From positions 1 through 51,098 of the forward strand of contig DAHWIF010000001.1 of the NCBI GenBank assembly GCA_027345565.1: DNA of 51,098 nucleotides, read 5' to 3'. The notes under the pieces are model-generated. The model searched no databases and was not told the DNA's origin. It worked only from the letters and a program-made list of their open reading frames with translations. This document shows, one piece after another, positions 1 to 8,966 of the stretch. Within the stretch, counting starts at the first letter, position 1. Every line of letters begins with the position of its first letter. The translations under genes and the position numbers were made by a program. Source of the stretch: Candidatus Micrarchaeota archaeon (lineage in GTDB: Archaea; Micrarchaeota; Micrarchaeia; Micrarchaeales; Micrarchaeaceae).

Positions 1-177
1 CTTGATTTGGCATGCAATTCCACCTTATTATCGCATCTAAGGCGAATCAAAAGCATTTAAATACTTTCTGTTTTGAATTTTACTTTCTTTCAAAAGTTGT
101 CAACCGGCTTTTCTAAGAGGTTATTAGCACATTATTGGCAGCAAAAGGATTTTAATAAAGATACGCGAATAGCTAAT

Positions 178-681
178 ATGGACGCAGTCAAAGCATTCGA
201 AAAGATAAGGGACGTCCCCTATAGAATACCTCTAAACCTTAAAGAAAGGGACGATTCCTGTAGCGGGAAAAGCGATAGGTTATTCAAACTTCTAACCAAG
301 ACCGGCTATAAGGTAAGGTACAGGGTTTGCGAGTTTTTGTGGAGCTCGATGGACCTACCAGCTGTAGTTAGAAAAGCACCGCATGAAAACCGCTGCACCC
401 ACACTTATCTGGAGGTTTACATCAATGGCAAATGGAGAGTGCTCGATGCAACATGGGACAAAGGGCTCGGCAGTGTATTGCACGTAAACCACTGGAATGG
501 AGAATCCAGTACAGAGATAGCGGTCAAGCCTATAAAGACATTCACACCGGAAAAGAGCAGATCCGCAGTAAATGCATACGGCACGGAAAAAGAAATCAAG
601 GCCGATTTGAGGGAGAATGGAAGATTTTATAGAGCGTTCAATGAATGGGCTGACATGGTCAGGCATTCTTCCCGAAATTAG
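178..681 (+). CDS. Transglutaminase-like superfamily protein
   Basis: Cys-His-Asp triad-like motifs DSCSGK, HTYLEVY and WRVLDATWD. Start taken at ATG 178, downstream of an AT-rich TATA-like tract. Confidence 0.7.
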   Translation: MDAVKAFEKIRDVPYRIPLNLKERDDSCSGKSDRLFKLLTKTGYKVRYRVCEFLWSSMDLPAVVRKAPHENRCTHTYLEVYINGKWRVLDATWDKGLGSVLHVNHWNGESSTEIAVKPIKTFTPEKSRSAVNAYGTEKEIKADLRENGRFYRAFNEWADMVRHSSRN

Positions 682-1585
682 ATTTCCAGCCGCCTTTCCT
701 GCGCTGGAAACCGCGCCCTCCCATCCTCCTCTGGAAGCCCTTCTTCTCAAAAACCCTATCTGGCGCCTCCTTCTTCGGCTTTATCGGCTTCTCCCTTATC
801 CTCTTTATGCTCTCGTCCAGGTCCTTCTTCAGCTTCTCTGCTATGAAGTTCTTAGAGAAGTGGTCCGCCTTGAGCGCAATGCATATCTTTGTCGCGTATA
901 CTCTCGCAAACCTGCCGCGTATCTCCCGCGGCGCGTTCGTTACCTCAGGTATCTTGAACAGTATCCCGTATTTCGGCGGTTTGCTCCCGAACTTTATGTG
1001 CTTGAATAGCGCCTTTTCGGCTCCTAGCAGCTGCACTGTGCCAGCTGGCATAGTGGCCAGCCTCTCCATCGAGCCCGCCCTGCTCAGCAGCTCTGCAGCT
1101 ATCATATGGCCTGCCAGGTATGTCGTGTTGGGCATTATCCTGGTCGATGCCTTCTTTATATAGGAATCTAGTCCCTTGAGCGAATCCGACATCCCAAGCA
1201 GCATCCGCGCGAATTCCGATATCGCGCTGCCGTCTTCGCCTTCCAGCGCCCTGCCTATTGTCGAAAGCAGCTTATTGTGTATCTCACCTGCGCGTCCCTC
1301 GTCGCCAACAGCCTCCTTTATCGCGGCATCGTCCTTGCCCTTGCCTTGCACTGCCATGACAAGCTTTGCCAGGGTCTCAGGGCTGGTAATTCTGACCTCC
1401 GGAAGGTATATCCCGAACCACTCGCTTAGCCTCTCGTAAGCGAGGTTGAGCGATCTATCCGTCTCGATGTAAGCGTTGACGGCCTGCATCAGCGCGTACT
1501 CCTCGCTCTGGTATGCGCTCCTTATCCCCTCTTTGGCGCTCTCCAGCATTCGCTCCCTTACCCCCTCAAATCCTTTCTTTGGCAA
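659..1585 (-). CDS. nop5: Box C/D methylation guide RNP protein Nop5/Nop56
   Basis: Nop domain motifs PAGTVQLLGAEKALF and KPPKYGILF, plus a basic C-terminal tail. Start inferred at TTG 1585 (GGTGT + 4 nt); the ORF track extends to 1660. Confidence 0.9.
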   Translation of the reverse strand: MPKKGFEGVRERMLESAKEGIRSAYQSEEYALMQAVNAYIETDRSLNLAYERLSEWFGIYLPEVRITSPETLAKLVMAVQGKGKDDAAIKEAVGDEGRAGEIHNKLLSTIGRALEGEDGSAISEFARMLLGMSDSLKGLDSYIKKASTRIMPNTTYLAGHMIAAELLSRAGSMERLATMPAGTVQLLGAEKALFKHIKFGSKPPKYGILFKIPEVTNAPREIRGRFARVYATKICIALKADHFSKNFIAEKLKKDLDESIKRIREKPIKPKKEAPDRVFEKKGFQRRMGGRGFQRRKGGWKSNFGKNA

Positions 1586-1713
1586 ATTCACACCGCAGCA
1601 AGAGAGGTATCTCCGATAAGGTATAAAATAGCGATAGATGTGCGCTGCCCTACAGCACAAAAAGTATAAATACCTTCGAGCATGAGTCCCTTCTGTTCGC
1701 TTGAAGTGATTTT

Positions 1714-2040
1714 ATGGCGAGAAGGCTAGTAGATGAAGCATTGGGGCAAGGAAGGACACAGCGCATCGTCTCAGCGCACCAGATCAGCGCTCTGCCGGGC
1801 AGCATAGAAGGGCCAAAATCCGGGGACCTGAAGGCTCCGACGGCAAGTGAGCCTTTAATGGGGATAATGCGAAGGGATGAGACTGCGGTGCAGGTCGCAA
1901 TGCCGCTCAGGGTAGCGCCCATCAAAGGATTCGAGCGGTTCTTGGAGCTGAGGGCAGCAGAAAGGGACATAGCCAGCAAGCGCAATACCACGGGCGAGCA
2001 AGAGCCTTTATCTAATAGCATGCAGTCCGACACGCAATAA
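1714..2040 (+). CDS. Hypothetical protein
   Basis: 108-aa ORF with AGTGA + 4 nt + ATG and an upstream TATA-like AAAGTATAAAT. No recognisable domain. Confidence 0.55.
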   Translation: MARRLVDEALGQGRTQRIVSAHQISALPGSIEGPKSGDLKAPTASEPLMGIMRRDETAVQVAMPLRVAPIKGFERFLELRAAERDIASKRNTTGEQEPLSNSMQSDTQ

Positions 2041-2067
2041 TTTTAAGCTGTACCGCGAAAGAGAAGC

Positions 2068-3303
2068 ATGCAGACAAAGGTCACGACGCTCGGCAACGGC
2101 CTTACACTGATAGTATCGCCTATGCGCAGCCTGCAGACCGTCGGCATAGCTTTGGGGGTAAGGTACGGCTACGTGGACGACCTGCCAGGAAAGATAGGCG
2201 TTTCGCACTTTCTCGAACACATGCTCTTCAAGGGGACGAGGAAAAGAACCTGGAAGGGGATAGACGAGGAGACGAACCGCCTAAGCATAGACGACAACGC
2301 TTTCACCGATTCCGAGTATACGGTATACACAATGACCGCATACAAGGGCTACTTCGGCAGGGCGATGGAAATACTCTCAGACATGGTGAGGAACTCGACA
2401 ATTCCAGATAAGGAATTCGCCATGGAGAAGGGGCCGATAGTCAACGAGATACTGATGTTTCACGACAATCCGGCATCGTCGGAGATGTCAGGCGGCTACC
2501 TGCCAAGAGTGCTGTTCAAGAAGCACCCTGCAAGGAACACGTCGCTGGAGAATCCGAGGAGCACACGAGGCATGACGAGGAGGGACCTCACGCGAGTGTA
2601 CGACAGCTACTACACGCCTGGCAACATGGTCCTCTCAATATACGGCGGGGTGGGCGCTAGCACTGCCACGTCCATATCGAAAAGATACTTCGGCGGGTTC
2701 AGGAAGCACACGAAGAAACCGCTCAGGCACCCTTCAAGGGAGAAGCAGGAGAGGTCTGTCATGACGATAACGAGGAGGGGGGTGAAGCAGGCAAGAGTAG
2801 GCATAGGGTTCAAGACGCAGGAGTTCCGCAAGCAATACCTCAACGAGTACCTGTCGTCGCTTGTGGCTGGGCTGCTGCTCCAGCACAGGCTCTTCGAAGA
2901 GGTGCGGGAGAGGCGCGGGCTCTCCTACGAGCCTGCTGCCAGGGCGTACACCTACTCCACATATGGATTCATGGGAGCCGAAGCGGGCGTAGAGCAGAGG
3001 AACCTGAGAGAGGCGGAGAAAGTGATACTAAAGGAATTCTACAAGCTGCAGTGCGGCGAGATAAAGAAGAGCGAGATAGACAGGATAAAGAACGAGCTGC
3101 GCATAGGCTACACGATAGCGAGGGAGAGGCCGCTGGAGATGGCCATCAGGGCTGCAGTATCGACGATGACAGAGCAGGATCCGAGCCTTCCGGAGCGGAT
3201 GCCGGAGCTGATAGGCAGGGTGAGCCTCGACGGGGTGAGAGGGTACTGCGCAAAATACATAGACGTCGACAGGTATGGCATGTACATACTGAAGCCGAGG
3301 TAG
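2068..3303 (+). CDS. M16 family (pitrilysin-like) zinc peptidase
   Basis: Inverted zinc motif HFLEH(MLFKGT), NAFT and C-terminal RLFEEVRERRGLSY. Confidence 0.92.
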   Translation: MQTKVTTLGNGLTLIVSPMRSLQTVGIALGVRYGYVDDLPGKIGVSHFLEHMLFKGTRKRTWKGIDEETNRLSIDDNAFTDSEYTVYTMTAYKGYFGRAMEILSDMVRNSTIPDKEFAMEKGPIVNEILMFHDNPASSEMSGGYLPRVLFKKHPARNTSLENPRSTRGMTRRDLTRVYDSYYTPGNMVLSIYGGVGASTATSISKRYFGGFRKHTKKPLRHPSREKQERSVMTITRRGVKQARVGIGFKTQEFRKQYLNEYLSSLVAGLLLQHRLFEEVRERRGLSYEPAARAYTYSTYGFMGAEAGVEQRNLREAEKVILKEFYKLQCGEIKKSEIDRIKNELRIGYTIARERPLEMAIRAAVSTMTEQDPSLPERMPELIGRVSLDGVRGYCAKYIDVDRYGMYILKPR

Positions 3304-3346
3304 CGCACCTTTTTTATATTGGTTAGAGAGAGGTATACCGAGATAT

Positions 3347-4822
3347 ATGAAGATAGAAGAACTGCTTGCGTATGCGAAGAGCAAGGGCTTCTTCTGGCCT
3401 AGCGCAGAGATATACGGCGGAGCGTCGGGCATATTCGACTACGGGCACGTGGGGGCGCTCCTGAAGAGGAGGTTCGAAAGCCTCTGGCTCTCCTACTTCG
3501 TTGACCAGAATGAGGGCTATCACCTGATAGAGGGATCCGAGATGCTCCCGGAGAAGCCGCTGATAGCGTCCGGCCACGCATCAAGGTTCAATGATGTGCT
3601 GGTAGGCTGCACCAAGTGCAAGACCTTCTTCAGGGCCGATGTGATACTCGCAGAGAAGAAGGTGGCGGTGTCAGAAGGAGCGTCACCGGAAGATATGGAC
3701 AAGCTGATAGAAAAGAGCGGGATAAGGTGCCCGAGATGCGGCGGCGACCTCGGAAAGTCGAAGTCGTTCAACATGATGATCGGAATAAGCCTCGGCCCGG
3801 AGAAGGCGGAGAGGGGCTACCTCAGGCCAGAGACCGCGCAATCCGCATACCTGAACTTCTTCCAGGAATTCAACGTCCTGAGGAAGGCGCTGCCGCTCGG
3901 ACTTGCGATAATAGGCAAAGCGTACAGGAACGAGATATCGCCAAGGCAGGGCCTTTTCAGGCTCAGAGAGCTGACGCAGGCCGAATTGCAGATATTCTTC
4001 GACCCAGAGACCTGGAAGCCGGGGGACGACGGGCTCTCAGAAAGGAAATTCATTGTGGTAACGTACAGCGACAAGAAGACGCAGCTGCTCAGCGCGCATG
4101 AGCTCGCCAAAAGGTACGGCATACCTGAATTCTATGCCTATCACATGGCGCTGATAGACAGGTTCTACACTGACGTGATGGGCGTCCCTAAGGAAAGGTT
4201 CAGGTTCCTTGAGAAGGGCGGCGATGAGAAGGCGTTCTACAACAAGGTCCATATGGACATCGAGGTAGATATAGAGAGCTGGGGAGGTTTCAGGGAGGTC
4301 GGAGGCCTGCACTACAGGACGGATTACGATTTAAGCTCCCACACAAAAGGATCCGGCAAGGACCTCTCAGTAAACATCGCCGGAAAAAGGATAATGCCGC
4401 ACGTGCTCGAGCTGAGTTTCGGAGTCGATAGGAACGTCTGGATGCTCCTGGATCTCTTCTACAAGAAGGACGCAGAGAGGAGCGTGCTGATGCTGCCGAA
4501 GCGGCTCGCCCCGTACCAGGCAGCGGTGTTCCAGCTGCAAAACGACGAGAAGCTCGACCAGACCGCGCAGAAAATATACGAGAGCCTGAAGCACAGGTTC
4601 AAGGTCGTTACCGACAGCTCCGGTTCTATAGGCAGGAGGTATGCGAGGATGGATGATATAGGAACCCCATACTGCATAACTGTAGATTTCAAGAGCACAG
4701 ACAAGGCTGACAAGGAGCACGGCACCGTCACGATAAGGAACCGGGACGACAGGTCGCAATCCAGGGTCAAGATAGACTCGCTTCAGGAGTTTTTTGAAAA
4801 GGCATACACGCACGGTGATTAG
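3347..4822 (+). CDS. glyS: Glycine--tRNA ligase (archaeal/eukaryal alpha2 type)
   Basis: YLRPETAQ, YRNEISPRQGLFRLRE, ELSFGVDR and the anticodon-binding domain SIGRRYARMDDIGTP. Confidence 0.96.
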   Translation: MKIEELLAYAKSKGFFWPSAEIYGGASGIFDYGHVGALLKRRFESLWLSYFVDQNEGYHLIEGSEMLPEKPLIASGHASRFNDVLVGCTKCKTFFRADVILAEKKVAVSEGASPEDMDKLIEKSGIRCPRCGGDLGKSKSFNMMIGISLGPEKAERGYLRPETAQSAYLNFFQEFNVLRKALPLGLAIIGKAYRNEISPRQGLFRLRELTQAELQIFFDPETWKPGDDGLSERKFIVVTYSDKKTQLLSAHELAKRYGIPEFYAYHMALIDRFYTDVMGVPKERFRFLEKGGDEKAFYNKVHMDIEVDIESWGGFREVGGLHYRTDYDLSSHTKGSGKDLSVNIAGKRIMPHVLELSFGVDRNVWMLLDLFYKKDAERSVLMLPKRLAPYQAAVFQLQNDEKLDQTAQKIYESLKHRFKVVTDSSGSIGRRYARMDDIGTPYCITVDFKSTDKADKEHGTVTIRNRDDRSQSRVKIDSLQEFFEKAYTHGD

Positions 4823-5689
4823 CTGCAGAGCCAGCCCAGCATACCAGTAACCACGTTCTCGCTCAGGCACACGTTCGAGAGCGCGCAGCCGCTGACGTTC
4901 TATGCGGACTTCAATAGGGTGAGCAACACACTCATATACCCGAAAGGAAGCTTCTTTATAAACGTGGTGCAGTCAGGCAGCGACGAGAAAGGGCGCTTGC
5001 ACGTGAGCGGAGTCCGCCCTAAAGATGGAGTGCGCGAGGTGAGGAGGAGATTCAGGCTCAGAGACGACATGGGCAGGATATATGAGAAGATACGCACAGA
5101 CACGTACATCGCAAGGGCGATAGATTCATATATGGGAATGAGGCTTACCCTCAACGACCCGTGGGAGACAACGCTCGTATTCATAATATCGCAGTTCAAC
5201 AACGTGAAGCGCATACGGCTTATAACACGGAACATAATCGGTAAGTACGGAAGTGAGATAGAGGGCCATGACGGGATAAAGGCGAGGAGCTTCCCAACAA
5301 GCGCAGATATGATGAAGGCTACCGAGAAGGAGCTCAAACGGCTTGGCGCAGGGTACCGCGCAAGGTATATAATCGGGGCGGCGGATTACTGCACAAACAA
5401 CGTAGACCTAGGCGAGCTGCCGGCCCACAAGTACTTGAAGCTGAAGGAGGAGCTGATGCAGATAGACGGAGTTGGTGAAAAGGTGGCCGATTGCATAGCC
5501 CTGATGGGCTACGGCAACCTGAAGGCATTCCCGATAGACGTGCACATAAAAAGGACCATGGAGAAACTCTACTTCGGGGGAAAGGCAAAGAGGATGCACG
5601 AGATACGTGAGTTTGCGGAGAGCAGGTGGGGTAACTACATGGGATACGCACAGCAGTACCTATTCCACAATGCGAGGATGATGGCATGA
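4823..5689 (+). CDS. 8-oxoguanine DNA glycosylase / HhH-GPD glycosylase (OGG1-like), inferred CTG start
   Basis: ISQFNNVKRI, GAGYRA and HhH GVGEKVADC...FPIDVH. The in-frame region upstream of GTG 4919 encodes FSLRHTFESAQPLTF (OGG N-domain-like) and begins at CTG 4823 after GGTGA + 4 nt. Confidence 0.85.
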   Translation: MQSQPSIPVTTFSLRHTFESAQPLTFYADFNRVSNTLIYPKGSFFINVVQSGSDEKGRLHVSGVRPKDGVREVRRRFRLRDDMGRIYEKIRTDTYIARAIDSYMGMRLTLNDPWETTLVFIISQFNNVKRIRLITRNIIGKYGSEIEGHDGIKARSFPTSADMMKATEKELKRLGAGYRARYIIGAADYCTNNVDLGELPAHKYLKLKEELMQIDGVGEKVADCIALMGYGNLKAFPIDVHIKRTMEKLYFGGKAKRMHEIREFAESRWGNYMGYAQQYLFHNARMMA

Positions 5690-6258
5690 AGGCACTTGAC
5701 GCTGACATAGAAAATATAGCTGGCGGGCTTACCAGGAAACAATCGGACTTCGATGTAGTGATGCAGCTTTCGAGGGAACTTATCCGTGATGCCGGCCAGA
5801 CGATCACTTTCATGCACAACAACGAGATAAAAAAAGCTGCAGAAAAGCTGCGCGCCATGGCATCAACGGTGAAGAGGCTGCAGAAGATAGACTCCAAGTT
5901 CAGGTACCATACGATGCAGGCGTATCAGGAGTATGCAGAGGCCAGGATCTTCGCTGACATAAAGACCAAACGAACGGTCACCCCGCTAAGCGGCGTGAGA
6001 GTCGATGGCGATGCATACTTGATGGGGCTGATGGATGTGGAGGGGGAGCTGAAAAGGGAGATATTGGAGTCCCTCAGGGCCGGCAGAGTGAAGGAAGCGG
6101 AATGGTACTTCGACACAATGAAGAGGATATACGACTCAACAAGGAAGCTAAGGTTCGCCGAGGCTGTCTTGCCCGGGTTCAGGAAGAAACAGGATACCGC
6201 GAGGATCCAGATAGAGAATGCGGGCAGCGAGATACTGATGTTCAAGAGAAGGCGCTAG
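5686..6258 (+). CDS. Translin/TRAX family protein
   Basis: QEYAEA and YLMGLMDVEGELKR motifs, C-terminal FRKKQDTAR. Confidence 0.85.
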   Translation: MKALDADIENIAGGLTRKQSDFDVVMQLSRELIRDAGQTITFMHNNEIKKAAEKLRAMASTVKRLQKIDSKFRYHTMQAYQEYAEARIFADIKTKRTVTPLSGVRVDGDAYLMGLMDVEGELKREILESLRAGRVKEAEWYFDTMKRIYDSTRKLRFAEAVLPGFRKKQDTARIQIENAGSEILMFKRRR

Positions 6259-6569
6259 CGCAGCCTGAGATACACTGACGATGCAGCCAGGTCTATGCTC
6301 TTGTTGACCGTGTCGGCATGGCTGCCGGACGCGGCGAGCTTGGCTATCCTGTTGTCCAGGCCCATCTCCTTTATCCTCGCAGCAACCATGGCTATCCTTT
6401 CTGAATAATCGCCATTGATATACTTGTTGACAGACGCCTGTGTTATCCCAAGCCTGTCTGCTATCTCCTGCTGCCCCATCTTGTACTTACGCTTGAGCAG
6501 CCTTGCCACAGCAACCCTCACCGCAGGTATCGCAGTCCTTATAATGCTGTCGCACTCAGATACCATCAC
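6255..6569 (-). CDS. Predicted HTH transcriptional regulator (archaeal XRE-like)
   Basis: IPAVRVAVARLL followed by HTH QQEIADRLGITQASVNKY. Confidence 0.8.
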   Translation of the reverse strand: MMVSECDSIIRTAIPAVRVAVARLLKRKYKMGQQEIADRLGITQASVNKYINGDYSERIAMVAARIKEMGLDNRIAKLAASGSHADTVNKSIDLAASSVYLRLR

Positions 6570-7213
6570 TCTACACCGAAAGTGTCCTTTAACGATCCGA
6601 ACAGACCTTTGCCCTTTTTGTTCTGCTGCGGTGGTTCCTGCACCTTCTTAGGCTTCTGCGCCTCACGTTCGGCCCTCTTTTGCAAGACTGGCGCTGGCTT
6701 CTCCTTAGGCGCAGGCGCGCCAGCTCCGAATACATTCTTTATCGAGCCGAACATTCCGCTGCCCTGCTGCTTCTGCGGCAGCGCAGCTTGCTGCACGGTC
6801 TTCTCCCCCTTCGGTTGGACATCCGCTATCTGCCTCTGCCTGCCCATGGCGTTTCCGAACGAGTCCTCTACGCTCTTGATTATGCCCCTCGTGTCCATCC
6901 TGTAGACTTTAGACGAATCGAGTATTATCACGTTGCTCTTCGCCTGCATGGCGGAAACCGCGTCATCGACGTCCTTGCACACTGCAGCGCGCACCCCGCT
7001 GACCTTGTTCGCCTCTATTACCGCATCCATAGGCTTCTTTGAAACAAGTATTGATACGTCATACCCTGAGATCGAGTCGCGTATGTCCTTTATCAGGATC
7101 CTGTAGTCGTCCGTGTCTTCGTCGCTCATTATGCAGGTGTTCCCGCTCCTGTTTATTATGTTGGCTAAGCGTATGCTCAGACCCTTGTCATCAGATGCCA
7201 AATATACCCGCAT
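6566..7213 (-). CDS. RpiB/LacAB-fold protein with degenerate active site and low-complexity C-terminal extension
   Basis: MRVYLASDD...IEANKVSGVRAAVC resembles RpiB, but the DH and CGTG catalytic motifs are absent. Start inferred at ATG 7213. Confidence 0.7.
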   Translation of the reverse strand: MRVYLASDDKGLSIRLANIINRSGNTCIMSDEDTDDYRILIKDIRDSISGYDVSILVSKKPMDAVIEANKVSGVRAAVCKDVDDAVSAMQAKSNVIILDSSKVYRMDTRGIIKSVEDSFGNAMGRQRQIADVQPKGEKTVQQAALPQKQQGSGMFGSIKNVFGAGAPAPKEKPAPVLQKRAEREAQKPKKVQEPPQQNKKGKGLFGSLKDTFGVE

Positions 7214-7290
7214 CGGATCCCCCATGCCGATAATAAATCTTGCTGACATGGTTATTAAGCTTTGTGATGGAATAAGGATAAGGTGATGAA

Positions 7291-7521
7291 CTGAGAGGAA
7301 GAGACACCCTCGTGGTTTGCGAATCGTGCGGCAGGAAGGTACCGAGAAACAAGGCTGTGATCGACGAAAAAGCGATACGCTTCAGCACCGAGCTGAAGAA
7401 TGCCAACGATGTAAGGTTCTTCGAGCGCAGGAAGGTGGTGTACTGCATAAGCTGCGCGAAGCACAGAGGAATATTCGAGAAGAAGAAGCGCCAGGCCATA
7501 GAACGGGCGAAAAGGTTCTGA
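7291..7521 (+). CDS. rps26e: 30S ribosomal protein S26e (eS26), inferred CTG start
   Basis: RGRDTLVVCESCGRKVPRNKA...YCISCAKHRGI zinc ribbon. The RGR N-terminus starts at CTG 7291 after GGTGA + 4 nt. Confidence 0.85.
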   Translation: MRGRDTLVVCESCGRKVPRNKAVIDEKAIRFSTELKNANDVRFFERRKVVYCISCAKHRGIFEKKKRQAIERAKRF

Positions 7522-7522
7522 A

Positions 7523-8338
7523 ATGGTGGAGAAGGAGGATCTGCTAATCTTCAGTATGCGCGAGGGAAGCGCAACGCAGCCGGCCGCTCAGCCGGCTGAG
7601 GCACAGCCGGTCATTGCGCAGCCGTCCAAGCCAGTGCCGCAAAAGAAGAAGGAGGAGAAAGGGCAGGAGCTGAAGGCGCAGAGTAGGCAGGCTGCCAAAG
7701 GGCTTTACTGTGAATGGCACCCGTGGAGGCCTGCGTATGCTGTGTGCTACACCTGCCACAAGCCCTTTTGCTACGAGGACATATCTGAATACAACAACAA
7801 GTACTACTGCCTTGAGGACATAGACTCTGCGGTTGCCAGGGAGAAGCCCCAGCTGACGTTCGCTTTCAACAAGGTGAGCATGCTGCCTGCAAGCCTCTTC
7901 CTGCTGACCATGTTGGTGTATATATACTTCGTCAACGCGGTCATCGCCTATATCGCGACTAACGCAGCCAGCGTCGGCATACAGGCATTCATAGCCAGCA
8001 ATTTCATACAGAGCGTGAACCTTAGCTATGTGATGCTCTTTGTCGGGTTAGCCATACTCGCATTCCTATTCGCAGGAGGACTCCTCATATTCGCGCAATC
8101 AAGGAAAGGATACTGGCTCAGCATATTCTCCGGCTCTATAGCTTTCATATTCTTCAGCTATGTCTACATAGCAAATTTCCAGGACTACGGCTTCATAATA
8201 GGCGCGCTGACGCTAGCCGGGCTGATAACCATGAGGTTTGCGGTCAATTCGCGCACCACAGAGGAGGAGCAGGCGGCAGGCGCCCCGCCTCTTCCAAGCA
8301 GCTTCAAGTACGGCGCCCAGTCCCAGCTGCGTTTCTGA
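7523..8338 (+). CDS. Membrane protein with N-terminal B-box-like zinc finger
   Basis: CEWHP...CYTCHKPFCYED...YYCLED followed by about 4 hydrophobic segments. Confidence 0.7.
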   Translation: MVEKEDLLIFSMREGSATQPAAQPAEAQPVIAQPSKPVPQKKKEEKGQELKAQSRQAAKGLYCEWHPWRPAYAVCYTCHKPFCYEDISEYNNKYYCLEDIDSAVAREKPQLTFAFNKVSMLPASLFLLTMLVYIYFVNAVIAYIATNAASVGIQAFIASNFIQSVNLSYVMLFVGLAILAFLFAGGLLIFAQSRKGYWLSIFSGSIAFIFFSYVYIANFQDYGFIIGALTLAGLITMRFAVNSRTTEEEQAAGAPPLPSSFKYGAQSQLRF

Positions 8339-8962
8339 TCAGCCGGCCATCAGCGTGCGCGCCTGGTACCTTCCCCTCTTCTCTATCTCGGCAAGCCGCC
8401 CCATTATCTCGCCGCTGGATCCGCAGCTCTTCCTGTAACCGGCAAGGAACCTCCTGAAAAGGCCCGGGCGCACAGACCTTTTCATAAGAAGCAGGTCCAA
8501 AGCCTTCTCCTCTGTTGACTTCGTGCTCTCAGCAAGTCCGAAGTCTATTATCCAAATCCTATCTGCATTATCAAGCATGAGGTTCGCAGGAGTATAGTCA
8601 CCGTGCGCTATGCCGATGTTGTGCAGCATCCCGCAGCATACTCCCGCATCGTGCATTGCCCTGCCAAGCCTAGCGCTGCCGATCCTGGCAAGCCCCATTG
8701 TGAATTCGTGCAGGCTCCTGCCGCGTATCCTCCCCATGCATATGCTTGTGCGTTCGACCAGCAGCACGTTCGGGACGTTCATGCCGTGCGACGAGGCCGC
8801 ATAAAGCAGCCGAGCTTCGCTTTTTGTGCGTTGGCGCCTGAGCCTATCGTCAAGCTGCTTTATCCTGTAGCTCTTCGCTATCCTTTCCTTGACTATCGCA
8901 TCTATCCCAAGGAACTCCGTCTCATAAATCCTCGCTTCAGCGCCTTCAGATATGAGTCTCAG
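8339..8962 (-). CDS. bud32: KEOPS kinase Bud32, inferred CTG start
   Basis: HGDYTPAN, IDFGL, C-terminal RGRY. The in-frame upstream sequence encodes RLISEGAEARIY...KERIAKSYR...RTKSEAR starting at CTG 8962. Confidence 0.92.
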   Translation of the reverse strand: MRLISEGAEARIYETEFLGIDAIVKERIAKSYRIKQLDDRLRRQRTKSEARLLYAASSHGMNVPNVLLVERTSICMGRIRGRSLHEFTMGLARIGSARLGRAMHDAGVCCGMLHNIGIAHGDYTPANLMLDNADRIWIIDFGLAESTKSTEEKALDLLLMKRSVRPGLFRRFLAGYRKSCGSSGEIMGRLAEIEKRGRYQARTLMAG

Positions 8963-8966
8963 ACGA

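Noticed and set aside
1-13. Possible start of a minus-strand gene running off the window
   Set aside because: Only four codons are visible, which is too little to call.
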